Shown one piece after another: positions 1 through 10,306 of a stretch of 64,000 bases of DNA. The translations under genes were made by a program, and so were the position numbers. The stretch comes from an uncultured Ruminococcus sp. (lineage in GTDB: Bacteria; Bacillota; Clostridia; Oscillospirales; Acutalibacteraceae), in contig CADCNI010000002.1 in the NCBI GenBank assembly GCA_902802795.1, positions 10,213-74,212 on the forward strand. Reading direction: 5' to 3'. The stretch's first letter is position 1. Every line of letters starts with the position of its first letter. The notes beneath the pieces were generated by a model that was given only the letters and a program-made list of their open reading frames with translations, made no database searches and was not told the DNA's origin.

Positions 1-866
<866 letters not shown>

Positions 867-890
867 TGTTTTTCACTTTGCTGTAAAAAA

Positions 891-938
891 AGATCCGATA
901 CGTTGTGGTTTTATTCCTACAGCGTGTCGGATCTTTTT
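891..938 (+). terminator. Intrinsic terminator after ilvC
   Basis: A 12-bp stem (agatccgatacg / cgtgtcggatct, one G.U) is followed by a T-run. Confidence 0.8.
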
Positions 939-1085
939 ATGTTTATTCATCGAAATAGATCAATAGGAGAAAAAACGCTGATCCGATGCAGCCGTAATAA
1001 GAATATCCAAAGAAGCCGATAGGTTGGTTCCATCTGCCGACACATCGGCTTCTTGTGGTGAAAGACTGTGGCACAAGAAGGCGTC

Positions 1086-1114
1086 TTGACAAATGCTCTT
1101 TCTGTTTCTATAAT
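1086..1114 (+). promoter_or_regulatory. SigA-type promoter, TTGACA-17-TATAAT
   Basis: TTGACA is at 1086-1091 and TATAAT at 1109-1114, upstream of the transglutaminase-like gene. Confidence 0.7.
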
Positions 1115-1168
1115 GCTATATATGCACAGAAAACAGGCAGGGAAAAGCAGAAAGGAGATGTTTTTGAG

Positions 1169-2791
1169 ATGAGACAAAAGAGGAGAATGATCGGGAAGAG
1201 CATCATGGTCATGCTGCTGTTGCTGTGGTGGACAGCGGCGGCTCCGTCTGTTGGCGCGGCGGGAGAGGTTGTCTGCCACGAATATTTCAGAAATCAGCTC
1301 GATGATATAGGGCGCGATATCTATCAGGGATATTGCGATTATTATGTAACAGAACGAAATAATAGTTCTTTTGCGGTGCCGCTTACCCAAGCCGTGGTCA
1401 TCAAGGGCGCTGTTCGTCAGACGACGGAATACAATGAAGCGACAAACCGAACGTATATCCGGCTTTCGATTGATAAGGAGAGCGCGGCTTACCGGGCGGC
1501 ATCAGACCGGATAAGACAAAGCGTGTCTACTGCTTCGGCTGCGTTTTTGTACGATCATCCCGAAGTGTTCTGGATCCGGGATTTTAGTTACAGTTACACG
1601 CTGCTCTATGAAAAAAATGAAGAGAATATCTATGATCTGGTTGTCCGTCAGGTGGAAATGTCTCCCTGTGAAGCATATAGCGGGGCGTTTTTGCAGTTGG
1701 CGGATGTATCGGAAGGGATTCATCGGGCGGCGACGGAACTGTCGGGTACCTCGTCGCGATATAGCGCCGTGAAAGCGATACATGATTATGTGCGGGATAA
1801 TGCGTCTTACAACATCGCGGCTGCGGAAAACATCCGTGACGATGATGCGGGAGCCCGCACAGCGGCCCCTTTTTTTCTCAGCAAAAGGGAGGATACCTTT
1901 GTTTGCGAGGGGTATGCCAAGGCCTTCAAGATTCTTTGTGATCAGTTAGGCGTTCCCTGTGTGACGGTGTCCGGTATCGGCCGACAGCAAGCACATATGT
2001 GGAATTATGTGGAAATGGCAGAGGGAGAATGGTATGGGGTTGACGTGACATGGGACGATCAGCCCTCGGCGAAGGATCTGTTTTTCCTGGTGGGAAGCGA
2101 TGTGTTTTCGCCCGATCATCATGCGATCGGGCAGGTGTTGGAAAACAGCGATGTAACGCTGGTTTATCCTGTATTGCAAGTTTCCGATTACCAACGTACC
2201 TCTGACGGAACGGATGCCTCTTTTGGCGATCTGACGGAGCCGAGCAACGCGACGGAGCCGAGCAACTCGACAGAGCCGACTGCCGCGACGGAACCGAGCA
2301 ACTCGACAGAGCCGACTGCCGCGACGGAACCGAGCAACTCGACAGAGCCGACTGCCGCGACGGAGCCGAGCAACGCGACGGAGCCGAGCAACGCGACGGA
2401 GCCGAGCAACGCGACAGAGCCGACTGCCGCGACGGAGCCGAGCAACGCGACGGAGCCGAGTGCCGCGACGGAGCCGAGTGCCGCGATGGAACCGAGTGCT
2501 GTGACGGAGCCGAGCAATGCGACGGAACCGAGCAACACAACGGAGCCGAGTGCTGTGACGCAGCCGAGCAATGCGACGGAACCGAGTACCGCGACGGAGT
2601 CGAGTGCCGCAATAGAAACAACTGACACGATTAAAAACAATACGTCGCAAAAGATAGAAAATATATCTCCCCCGACAGGTGAAGTGAATAGGATATCGGC
2701 CACTCTACTTCTTTTATTTGCGTCGGCGGAAGGAATGGCGGTGGCTTTGATGAGAAAAAGGTCAGCTATGCGGGAACATTTGCATCCCTGA
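1169..2791 (+). CDS. Secreted transglutaminase-like (Cys-His-Asp core) protein with 21 hexapeptide repeats and a C-terminal membrane anchor
   Basis: ATG 1169 lies 11 nt after AAAGGAG. There is an N-terminal signal/TM (IMVMLLLLWWTAAAPSVGAAG). The CEGYAKAF...HMWNYV...GVDVTWDD motif resembles the transglutaminase core. TEPSNA-type repeats and a hydrophobic C-terminus (ATLLLLFASAEGMAVALM) follow. Confidence 0.8.
   Translation: MRQKRRMIGKSIMVMLLLLWWTAAAPSVGAAGEVVCHEYFRNQLDDIGRDIYQGYCDYYVTERNNSSFAVPLTQAVVIKGAVRQTTEYNEATNRTYIRLSIDKESAAYRAASDRIRQSVSTASAAFLYDHPEVFWIRDFSYSYTLLYEKNEENIYDLVVRQVEMSPCEAYSGAFLQLADVSEGIHRAATELSGTSSRYSAVKAIHDYVRDNASYNIAAAENIRDDDAGARTAAPFFLSKREDTFVCEGYAKAFKILCDQLGVPCVTVSGIGRQQAHMWNYVEMAEGEWYGVDVTWDDQPSAKDLFFLVGSDVFSPDHHAIGQVLENSDVTLVYPVLQVSDYQRTSDGTDASFGDLTEPSNATEPSNSTEPTAATEPSNSTEPTAATEPSNSTEPTAATEPSNATEPSNATEPSNATEPTAATEPSNATEPSAATEPSAAMEPSAVTEPSNATEPSNTTEPSAVTQPSNATEPSTATESSAAIETTDTIKNNTSQKIENISPPTGEVNRISATLLLLFASAEGMAVALMRKRSAMREHLHP
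2234..2611 (+). repeat. In-frame 18-bp tandem repeat x21 (TEPSNA/TEPTAA/TEPSAA hexapeptides)
   Basis: There are 21 consecutive 18-nt units with few substitutions, lying inside CDS 1169..2791. Confidence 0.95.
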
Positions 2792-3770
2792 CGAGGGACG
2801 TTCCCGGATAGTATCTGGCGAGTATTTCACAGTAATCGGCTCCCTGTTTGGCCATTTCATTGGCGCCGTACTGACTCATTCCCACGCCGTGACCCCATCC
2901 CCGAACGGCAAACCGGAAGCTGCCGTCCGTGGCTTTAAGGGTAAAGCATGCCGAACGCAGCCCGAAGGCATTGCGGATGATCTGACCGTTTACGTGGGTG
3001 CCGTATAATTCACAGTCCGTCACATAGCCCGATGCGGAACGCATGCAGCCGCCAATAGGTTCCCGATCGCTGTCATCGGGAAGAATCCCCAGCTTTTCCC
3101 GGCAGATTTTCCGGAACTCGTCCGCGCCGAACACTTCGGAGGAATCGTATTCCTCCGAAGTCATGTCGTTCCAACTGCTTACAGGCACAAGATAGGGAAT
3201 ATCGCCGCCCCATACATGACAGGCGGCTTCGGTGGTTCCGCAGGAAACGGCGTGATAGGCGGCGAGAATCGGCTGGCCGTCATAGGCAAGATATTGGCCT
3301 GCCACCGATGCGACCAATTGCCGCAGACGTGCCTCGTTTTGCGGGTATGCATCGCCCCACTGTGCCTTTCTCTGTTCTGCGGTCAGACAGCCCGGTGTGC
3401 TTTGGGGAATGTCGGCCGGGACAGCGAAACCGTTCGAAGCACTCACATCTGCGTCGGAGCCGGAACCAGACTGCTGCCGGCGAAGCAGCGTGAAAGCGAC
3501 GACCGCCTGTGCTTTGAGCGCTTCGTCCTCATAGGTCAGCGGCATGTCACAAGCTACGGCTCCGCAGATGTATTCTGTTTCCGACATGGCAACCGATTTT
3601 CCGGTGTTCTGCGGCAGAACGGTTACGATTGCTTCACCGGTGGAAGAATGCCGGAAAAACGCATTGTCCGGCAGATCATTTCCGGTACAGACCAGCGAGA
3701 GCAGCGGCAGCAGCAACAGCAGAAAAAAAGAAAGAAATCCGGCGGCGATGAGTTTTTGAATGTTCGACAT
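2766..3770 (-). CDS. spoIID: Stage II sporulation protein D (SpoIID/LytB-domain lytic transglycosylase)
   Basis: The C-terminal motif GWGHGVGMSQYGANEMAKQG is characteristic. There is an N-terminal TM segment. ATG 3768-3770 is preceded by AAGGAG. The 3' end overlaps the convergent upstream gene by 26 nt. Confidence 0.88.
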   Translation of the reverse strand: MSNIQKLIAAGFLSFFLLLLLPLLSLVCTGNDLPDNAFFRHSSTGEAIVTVLPQNTGKSVAMSETEYICGAVACDMPLTYEDEALKAQAVVAFTLLRRQQSGSGSDADVSASNGFAVPADIPQSTPGCLTAEQRKAQWGDAYPQNEARLRQLVASVAGQYLAYDGQPILAAYHAVSCGTTEAACHVWGGDIPYLVPVSSWNDMTSEEYDSSEVFGADEFRKICREKLGILPDDSDREPIGGCMRSASGYVTDCELYGTHVNGQIIRNAFGLRSACFTLKATDGSFRFAVRGWGHGVGMSQYGANEMAKQGADYCEILARYYPGTSLVRDANVPA

Positions 3771-3841
3771 AGGGTACTCCTTTGGTGCTTTTTGCGCACA
3801 GCGGAAAATCATAGCGGCGGTCAATTTGGGAAAGGGTACAG

Positions 3842-3861
3842 GGAAATCAAAATTGATTTCC
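3842..3861. promoter_or_regulatory. Palindrome GGAAATCAA-AA-TTGATTTCC in the spoIID upstream region
   Basis: Perfect 9-bp arms with a 2-nt spacer lie ~75-90 nt upstream of the spoIID start on the minus strand. The function is unknown. Confidence 0.35.
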
Positions 3862-4082
3862 GTGGAAAGGGTATGACTTGACTTTGTGCCTGTGATGGGA
3901 TACAATAGAATGGAAAGAAATACACAATTTTTGTTTTTGATGCATAGCAAGATAGTTTATGGTTTGTTAATATAATTATGCGGTTGTTTGTGTTAAAATA
4001 ACTACTATAGCGATTTTAATAATACGCTTTGCAGGTCAGTCCATTCCATCCGCTCTTACTTATTGATGAAAAGGGGATACAC

Positions 4083-5762
4083 ATGAAAATACGGCGTTCA
4101 TTGGTTGTTTTATTTGTGATATCGACCTTTATTATACCTTTGTCGCTCTACCGATCTTTGTTTTCGAGTGACGCTTCTTCGGAATTTGTCAGCACGCTGG
4201 GTATAATAAACGATGTTTTATTGGGCATCTTTCTGTTGCTTATCTTCGCATTCTCGGTATTTACCGACGAATTTCCCCATTCCTATCCGCCTCACGCGTC
4301 GCGGGGATTGGGGTTGGTTTCCATGCTGCTGTCGGCCGCGTGCGGTTATGCGTCTGTCATGGGGCTGATCAGTGAGGAATATTCGAGTTTCACGGGGATG
4401 TCAGGGAAAATATTTGCCGTGATGGGCATACTATCGGTGCTTTCGTTTATGTTTTATTCCGTTACCTTTTTCAAAGGGGAAAACGCGATTCGCAATGTGC
4501 CCTTTGCCCCGATTTTGCCGGCTCTCTGGTACGGATTTCGCATGCTGCTTAGTTTCCTTCGGTCGGCTTCTATGGCGGATATCAGTGGGGAACTGCCTAT
4601 TATCGCGATGAGCTGTTCCTTTACGATATTCCTGCTCACGTTGGGCAAACTGTTTTGCGGCGTCAATTCCAATTCCATTAAGTGGGGATTTGCGGCCGGC
4701 TGCATCGGCATTATGACGTCCTTCCTTTACACGTCCAACTGGCTTGTGACCCAGTGCGAGTCAGTGGCGGATCTGCTCTCACATCCGATGGTGTTTGCCG
4801 ACTTGTTCATGGGACTGTTTGCCATCGGTTCGCTGTTTCATGTATCGGTTCCCGCAGAGTATTTTGATGACGAGGAATGGGACGATTATTTCTACGAAAC
4901 CCACGATCTGCCCAAGCCCAATCTGATTTTGCATACCCCTGTTGACGAGCTGGAAGAGGACAGTCTGCTGGATGACGATATCAACGAATCCCCTTATATT
5001 CCTGTCAACGCTTCGATTGGCCGTGGAAGCGCAGGCGGAGATGAACCGCATTCCGCTCCGGCCCCCAGGCAGCAACCGCCTCTGCCCCAGCAGGTTCCCT
5101 CTTATATCGCCAATCCTGCGGCCTATTATCCGCCCTATCCTTCACAGGGGAGCAATCCGTATTATCCTCCTGCCGCGCCGACTTATCCCGCCTATCCCGC
5201 TTATCCGGTCTATCCCTATCAGGGCGTTGTGCCGCCTGTGGCAAACGGCGCGGGCGGATATGATTATTACCGCGCGGGCAATCCTTCCATGCCTGTCGAG
5301 TATGTCAGTCCCTATGACGCGGCGGCAGCGCAGTATCAATATGAACGCCGACGTGAGGAATTGCAAAGCCGGGAACTGGAAAAGCTGACAGGCGAGGTGG
5401 ATCATTCCATTGCGCGTCTGCAAAATAATGTGACGCAAAATCGCACGCCTTCCAACGAGTATGTGGCGACCTCTCCCGATGAGAGAATCGGCGGTCGTCA
5501 GAGTATGCAGCCCAGCGGGCGCAATGTGCGGCTGGCGCAAGGATACGCGCAGTCGGGAGAACGCCTCACCGATCACATTGACCGCCTCGGACAGGAGAGC
5601 CGCGCGCGCAATCAGGTCCATTCTTCAGACGAAGAGGACGAATACACCTATGAGTATTATTACCCCAATGACCGTTCGCGGTATGATCTTGCCAATTTCC
5701 ACCCCGGCGGCCGTCAGGGGCAAAACGGTTCCGGTCAGAACCATTCCGGCGGCAGGCGGTAA
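4083..5762 (+). CDS. Polytopic membrane protein with a long Pro/Tyr-rich and charged C-terminal tail (function unknown)
   Basis: ATG 4083 follows AAAGGGGA. There are about 7 hydrophobic helices in the first ~270 aa. A low-complexity stretch (YPPYPSQGSNPYYPPAAPTYPAYPAYPVYPY) and a charged region follow. Confidence 0.6.
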   Translation: MKIRRSLVVLFVISTFIIPLSLYRSLFSSDASSEFVSTLGIINDVLLGIFLLLIFAFSVFTDEFPHSYPPHASRGLGLVSMLLSAACGYASVMGLISEEYSSFTGMSGKIFAVMGILSVLSFMFYSVTFFKGENAIRNVPFAPILPALWYGFRMLLSFLRSASMADISGELPIIAMSCSFTIFLLTLGKLFCGVNSNSIKWGFAAGCIGIMTSFLYTSNWLVTQCESVADLLSHPMVFADLFMGLFAIGSLFHVSVPAEYFDDEEWDDYFYETHDLPKPNLILHTPVDELEEDSLLDDDINESPYIPVNASIGRGSAGGDEPHSAPAPRQQPPLPQQVPSYIANPAAYYPPYPSQGSNPYYPPAAPTYPAYPAYPVYPYQGVVPPVANGAGGYDYYRAGNPSMPVEYVSPYDAAAAQYQYERRREELQSRELEKLTGEVDHSIARLQNNVTQNRTPSNEYVATSPDERIGGRQSMQPSGRNVRLAQGYAQSGERLTDHIDRLGQESRARNQVHSSDEEDEYTYEYYYPNDRSRYDLANFHPGGRQGQNGSGQNHSGGRR

Positions 5763-5807
5763 ACGCTGCTGTTTGACGGATTTCTGTAATTACAAAAAAT
5801 AACAAAA

Positions 5808-5858
5808 TAAAACGTCATATGTCCTGTGAATGCGGGAACATATGACGTTTTATTTTTT
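5808..5858. terminator. Bidirectional-looking terminator
   Basis: A 12-bp stem (aacgtcatatgt / acatatgacgtt) is flanked by A-rich sequence on the 5' side and T-rich sequence on the 3' side. Confidence 0.8.
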
Positions 5859-5950
5859 TGTATATGCGGGTGTGATACACAAAAAATATAGATGTAAAAT
5901 GGCGATAAATAATATTTTATAATTTTATATGTCATTTTTAAAATTACATC

Positions 5951-5979
5951 TTGACAAGTTAATATTGATATGCTATAAT
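5951..5979 (+). promoter_or_regulatory. SigA-type promoter, TTGACA-17-TATAAT
   Basis: The boxes lie at 5951-5956 and 5974-5979, upstream of the hemolysin III-family gene. Confidence 0.7.
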
Positions 5980-6066
5980 TTTAACAACGAAAAGAAATCA
6001 TGAAAAATCTCCCATAGTTGGGGGATAGGATATGATCCGAACAAGAAAAAACAAAAGGAGTGACAA

Positions 6067-6795
6067 TTGATTATGAATATATCCATCAATGATTACAGAA
6101 TGATGTGTGCCGAGCGTGAGGTCAGCCGTCAGAGACGTATTCAGGCGCTGCGGCTTCCGACTTATACCTTTACGGAGGAAATGCTCAACTGCCTGACGCA
6201 CGCGCTTGGCGCGGTGCTGGGCGTGGTGGGCTTCCTGATGAGTATGCGCTATCTGCTGCCGACCGGGAACGTCGGGGCGGCGGCTTCGATGGGAATTTTC
6301 TGCGCCGCGATGGTGCTGCTTTATACTAATTCCGCCGTGTATCACGGTTGGGAACTGACGCAGACCAAGAAGGTCTTTCAGATTCTCGACCATTGCACTA
6401 TCTTTCTGCTGATTGCGGGTACCTATGCGCCCTTTACCCTCATGGTGATGGGCGGTACGGCGGGTAAAATCATCATGTCAGTGGTAGCGCTGGTTTCCGT
6501 ATTTGGCATTGCGCTGAATATCATCGACATGAAGAAGTACCGCGCTGTTTCGATGGCGTGTTATCTGATTACCGGGTGGTGCATTATTTTCGCCTACGGT
6601 TCCATTGCGGCGGCGCTTTCGCCCTCTCAAATGCTGATGCTGGTGGGCGGCGGCGTGGTCTATACCGTCGGTGCGGTGCTGTACGGACTCGGCGTAAAGG
6701 TGCGCTATATGCATACGATCTGGCACCTCTTTGTGCTGGTCGGCAGTCTGCTGCATTTTGCCTGTCTCTACAGCTTTATGGTCGATCATTTCTGA
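6067..6795 (+). CDS. Hemolysin III / PAQR-family channel protein
   Basis: It has seven TM segments plus the family motifs (NSAVYHG, DHCTIFLLIAGTYAPF, HLFVLVGSLLHF). AAAGGAG lies at 6054-6060. The start is either TTG 6067 or ATG 6073. Confidence 0.85.
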   Translation: MIMNISINDYRMMCAEREVSRQRRIQALRLPTYTFTEEMLNCLTHALGAVLGVVGFLMSMRYLLPTGNVGAAASMGIFCAAMVLLYTNSAVYHGWELTQTKKVFQILDHCTIFLLIAGTYAPFTLMVMGGTAGKIIMSVVALVSVFGIALNIIDMKKYRAVSMACYLITGWCIIFAYGSIAAALSPSQMLMLVGGGVVYTVGAVLYGLGVKVRYMHTIWHLFVLVGSLLHFACLYSFMVDHF

Positions 6796-6926
6796 TGACA
6801 TCATGAATCAACCTTCTTCGCATATCATTTATGCTTTTGCCGTGAACGGAGGGGCGGAATGTCAGACGCCTTCTGTGCCATTCAGGGGTCTGGCATCCGG
6901 CCGCCGTCGTTTGCGGAACAAACCTC

Positions 6927-6975
6927 AAACAGCCGTGCCTTTAAGGGGTCCTATCCCCAAGACACGGCTGTTTTG
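6927..6975. terminator. Bidirectional terminator between the hemolysin III-family gene and the LysR gene
   Basis: The stem is aaacagccgtg / cacggctgttt, with an inner ggggtcctatcccc hairpin and T-runs on both strands. Confidence 0.75.
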
Positions 6976-6993
6976 GTATTTGGTATGAAAAAA

Positions 6994-7896
6994 TCACATC
7001 TGCTGCGGCTTGTTCTGGCGCAGCCATTCGGCGGTAAAGTGCCAGAAACTCTCCTGCGCGCGGCTCATCTTCTGGTCGCGTCGGTGAACGAGAAAGACGT
7101 TGCGCACAAAGGTCTTGTCCTCAAAGGGGATGGTGACCACCTGCTCATCGGCATATTCCTCCGCAAGGAAGGTGGCGGAAATACCTACGCCGCGATTCTG
7201 GCGCGCTGCCTCGACAATGAGCGAATCGTCGCTGATTTCGAGCAGAATCTCCGGCTGGAGCCCGCCCTTGACAAAGCGCGTGATGTTGTGGGGATAGAGC
7301 GAAAAGTCGCGTCCTTTGAGAATGATGGGGTAGCCGTTGAGATCGGGGTAGCGGAGGATGGAATGGGAGGCGAGGGGATGACGGCGGCTGACAATGGCGC
7401 GGAAATCGTGGGAAAAGCAGAATTCCGCCTCGTAGTTGATGAGGTCAACCGGTTGGGGAAGAAAGGCAAAATCCACGCGCCCGCTGTGGAGCATATCGTA
7501 GATGGGATATTCGGGATATTCCACCAGATCGAGGTGAATGTCGGGGTAGCGGTCGTAAAAATCCGTGACAAATTTCAGCGTCAGGTATTTGGGAACGCCG
7601 TAGGTGGTGGCGATATGCAGCGTAAAGACCGCGCTGAAGCTTTCTTCCAGAAATTCGCCCTTGATGCGCTCGTATTCACTGAGGATGACATTGGCGGTGG
7701 AGTAGAGCTTGTGGGCGTAGACGGTGGGATTCAGTCCTTGGGGAGAGCGGGTGAAAAGGCTTCTGCCCAGTTCGTCCTCCAGTTTTTTAATCATCTTGCT
7801 CACGGCCTGCGGAGTGACAAACAGCTTTTCCGCCGCCTTGTGAATGCTGCCCAGCTCATAGACCCTGACAAAACAGCCCAGCAATCGTTCGTCCAT
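6994..7896 (-). CDS. LysR-family transcriptional regulator
   Basis: The N-terminal wHTH (LLGCFVRVYELGSIHKAAEKLFVTPQAVSKMIKKLEDELG) is followed by a LysR substrate-binding fold. I chose the ATG at 7894-7896. Confidence 0.88.
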   Translation of the reverse strand: MDERLLGCFVRVYELGSIHKAAEKLFVTPQAVSKMIKKLEDELGRSLFTRSPQGLNPTVYAHKLYSTANVILSEYERIKGEFLEESFSAVFTLHIATTYGVPKYLTLKFVTDFYDRYPDIHLDLVEYPEYPIYDMLHSGRVDFAFLPQPVDLINYEAEFCFSHDFRAIVSRRHPLASHSILRYPDLNGYPIILKGRDFSLYPHNITRFVKGGLQPEILLEISDDSLIVEAARQNRGVGISATFLAEEYADEQVVTIPFEDKTFVRNVFLVHRRDQKMSRAQESFWHFTAEWLRQNKPQQM

Positions 7897-8069
7897 GTCA
7901 GAACACACCTCTCTTTCTCTTGATAAAAAAATTATAGCACGGGCGGCGCTTTTTTTCAATAGAAAAGAAAAAGCCGGTTCAGGCGGATAGCGAACTATCA
8001 CTGCCTGAGCCGGCGTTGGAGGGTTTATGCGGTTTTACTGCGCTGTGATGAGAATAAGAGGAAATGTCG

Positions 8070-9965
8070 TCAGACCTGCTCCGCCTTGTTCTTGGTGTAG
8101 ACCACCGCAAAGCCGATGACGGAGAGCGCCGCCAGTACGAACGCGATCACAGTCAGTGCATTGGTTTCACCCGTGCCGGGATTGCCGTCGCCGCCCGACT
8201 GCTTCACCGTGGAGGAAATGGCGTAAAGGCTGAATTCCCTGCTGGAGAAGGTGATACCGTCTTTGCCGCCGATTGCGGTGATCTTGGTGTCGATCGTTTC
8301 CCCATGGTCGTGATAGACCTTGTAGGTGTAACCGTTATAGGACTTGGCCACCGTGTCGTTGGGATATTGCAGCGTAAGCTTGATAAACTTATCGGAATAA
8401 ACCTCCTTGCCGTCCTCATCGACAAGGCTGATGTCATACACCATCAGATTTTTGTCGTCCGCCTTGAAGTCTTTATCGGTTTTCCGGATGGTTTCGAGGA
8501 AGGTTTTCTTGTCAGCGTCGGAGGGTTTGACCGCAACGATGCAGACGTCCTTGAGATCAATGGAAGCACCATCTTCTTGGGTAAGGGACGCGGTTTTGTC
8601 GATCTGCGCCGCCTTGATGATGTTCCGGCTGTCCTCGCGGATCGTGAGGTCGGTGTATTCAACCGGAATGGGTGTGCGCGCTACCGCGAAGAGTCCGAGC
8701 GTTTCGGTGTAGAAGTTCAGACCGTGGCCGGTTGCCTGGAGGGTGTCGATGGACGCCGCCGACTTATTGGCAAGCTGTTGATACACTTTGTAGGTGTATT
8801 CATCGGCATAAAGCTGGGATTCGGGGAACGCGTACCGGAAAAGGACGGAAGTGACGCCGCCTTCGGCTATCGTCAGCGTGTTTCCTTTTTCGTCCGTCAG
8901 ATACACTTCATAGACCATGAGATCATTGTCAGTGGCGGCGAAATTCTTGTCCGCTTTTTTGATGGCTTCCAAAAACGCCTTTTTCTCCTTGTCCGACGGT
9001 GCCTTGACTGCCGCTCTGACATCGGCAAGTCCAACTACCTGGCTGCCGTTTTTCACGACGATTTCGTTGTCGATGCCCACGGAAAGCAGAACCTTTTCGC
9101 TGTTCTTAGCCGGACCGAAAGCGCCGATATGCTCGAAAGGATCATCGGGATCATCGGGATTGGGATCCTCGCTGGTGTCTCCTCCCGATATGTCTTCGGC
9201 GGTAAACAACAACTCGACGACATACTCGACATTGCCTTTGACCAGCTTCATGCTGACAGCAGGATATTCTTCGCTTGCGTGATTGAGCGATTTGAGTGTG
9301 TCAAATGAGAAAAAATACTTTCCTTCAGCGTTGGGTTCAAGCGCCAGATCGCTCTCTTCGCCAAAAAGAAACACCTTGGTGTCCGCTGTCAATTCGGGCA
9401 TCATCAAAATAACGCCGTCATCCGTCAGATCATATTCCGGTGCTCCGGAATAGACGGTAACGCCCTCCTCGCTGTTCAGAGAAAGCGCGTACGCCTTGTC
9501 AAAAGCGAGATCATTAACGAAGAGCTTTCTCAGGGCGGTGGTTGCGCCGTTGATTTTGAGGTCGGACAGGGACGCATTCAAAGCGTCAATAACTGTCACA
9601 AGCCCCGTCGGATCGCCCAGGGAGAGAGAGGTGATGGGAACGGGTGACGTAAGATCGAATTGGCAGCTTCCGTCAAGAAAAATCGAATAGGTAGCGGAGT
9701 TATCGTTCACGGTTTTGTAGTCTTCCCACCCGGCCTGATCGTCAAAGCTGCCAACTAAATCGCCGTTGTCAGGTACGGTAACGGTGAAGGTGCCGGTGCC
9801 TTCGGCTTTCACCGTGAGGACATAGTTGCCGTCATTTGTCGCCGCGTGGGTGGCGAAAACAGCAGGGCGGAGCGCTGAAACGCCGACGAGCAGCGCCGCC
9901 AGCAGGAGTGCCGCAGGCAGCAGAAAGCGTCTGCGCGGAACGACTGCTTTTGATTTGTTTGTCAT
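8070..9965 (-). CDS. Secreted cell-surface protein with an internally duplicated ~115-aa domain and a C-terminal TM anchor
   Basis: It has a signal peptide (RRRFLLPAALLLAALLVGVSALRP), two homologous domains (aa 311-430 and 467-585) and a C-terminal TM (ALTVIAFVLAALSVIGFAVVY). Its composition is normal, unlike the opposite-strand shadow ORF. Confidence 0.75.
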   Translation of the reverse strand: MTNKSKAVVPRRRFLLPAALLLAALLVGVSALRPAVFATHAATNDGNYVLTVKAEGTGTFTVTVPDNGDLVGSFDDQAGWEDYKTVNDNSATYSIFLDGSCQFDLTSPVPITSLSLGDPTGLVTVIDALNASLSDLKINGATTALRKLFVNDLAFDKAYALSLNSEEGVTVYSGAPEYDLTDDGVILMMPELTADTKVFLFGEESDLALEPNAEGKYFFSFDTLKSLNHASEEYPAVSMKLVKGNVEYVVELLFTAEDISGGDTSEDPNPDDPDDPFEHIGAFGPAKNSEKVLLSVGIDNEIVVKNGSQVVGLADVRAAVKAPSDKEKKAFLEAIKKADKNFAATDNDLMVYEVYLTDEKGNTLTIAEGGVTSVLFRYAFPESQLYADEYTYKVYQQLANKSAASIDTLQATGHGLNFYTETLGLFAVARTPIPVEYTDLTIREDSRNIIKAAQIDKTASLTQEDGASIDLKDVCIVAVKPSDADKKTFLETIRKTDKDFKADDKNLMVYDISLVDEDGKEVYSDKFIKLTLQYPNDTVAKSYNGYTYKVYHDHGETIDTKITAIGGKDGITFSSREFSLYAISSTVKQSGGDGNPGTGETNALTVIAFVLAALSVIGFAVVYTKNKAEQV

Positions 9966-10052
9966 AAATAATCATCCTTCCTTGATAGAAAATGCATAAT
10001 ATCCGAAATTTTCCAAGCTTCTTACACTTTTTTGTATTTGCCTGTGTCAAAT

Positions 10053-10081
10053 ATTATACGCTTTCTTCTTTGTGTTGTCAA
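10053..10081 (-). promoter_or_regulatory. SigA-type promoter, TTGACA-17-TATAAT (minus strand)
   Basis: On the plus strand, tgtcaa lies at 10076-10081 and attata at 10053-10058, upstream of the surface protein gene 8070..9965. Confidence 0.65.
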
Positions 10082-10231
10082 TATGATTTTTTCTTGATAA
10101 TTTTAAAATCCCTGTTCATTCTTTGTCGGATGGTTTCTCTATTTCATATGCATCACTCCTCTTGGATGTTTATATGATAGCATATTTTTTCTGCGTTGGA
10201 TTGACAAAAAGTGCGGAATCAATGCAGGCGT

Positions 10232-10282
10232 CAAAAAAGCGCGGATACTTCGGAAATCTTACCGTTTCCAAAGCATCCGCGC
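10232..10282 (-). terminator. Intrinsic terminator after leuD
   Basis: On the minus strand, gcgcggat...atccgcgc is followed by tttttt. Confidence 0.75.
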
Positions 10283-10306
10283 AGAGATGAAAAACCAGAG
10301 AGCTGA

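Noticed and set aside
2234-2611. Whether the regular 18-bp repeat array is a CRISPR array.
   Set aside because: The units are contiguous with no spacers. They lie in frame inside a long ORF with a signal peptide and anchor. No cas genes are present.
2188-2703. Three overlapping minus-strand ORFs (1926..2621, 1946..2650, 2188..2703) with highly repetitive translations.
   Set aside because: They are reverse-frame readings of the 18-bp TEPSNA repeat inside CDS 1169..2791 and are not independent genes.
5990-6070. Micro-ORFs in the hemolysin III-family gene leader (MKNLP and MIRTRKNKRSDN).
   Set aside because: They are very short and have no recognisable family. I cannot assess their conservation, and chance occurrence in AT-rich leader sequence is likely.
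6972-6985. Two-unit heptamer duplications (tttggta x2 near the LysR stop, gtaaaaa x2 at the sdpI stop 38316-38329) and a 9-mer duplication (atattatac x2 at ~42206-42223).
   Set aside because: Two units can arise by chance. They are consistent with the period-7 theme but too short to count as evidence.
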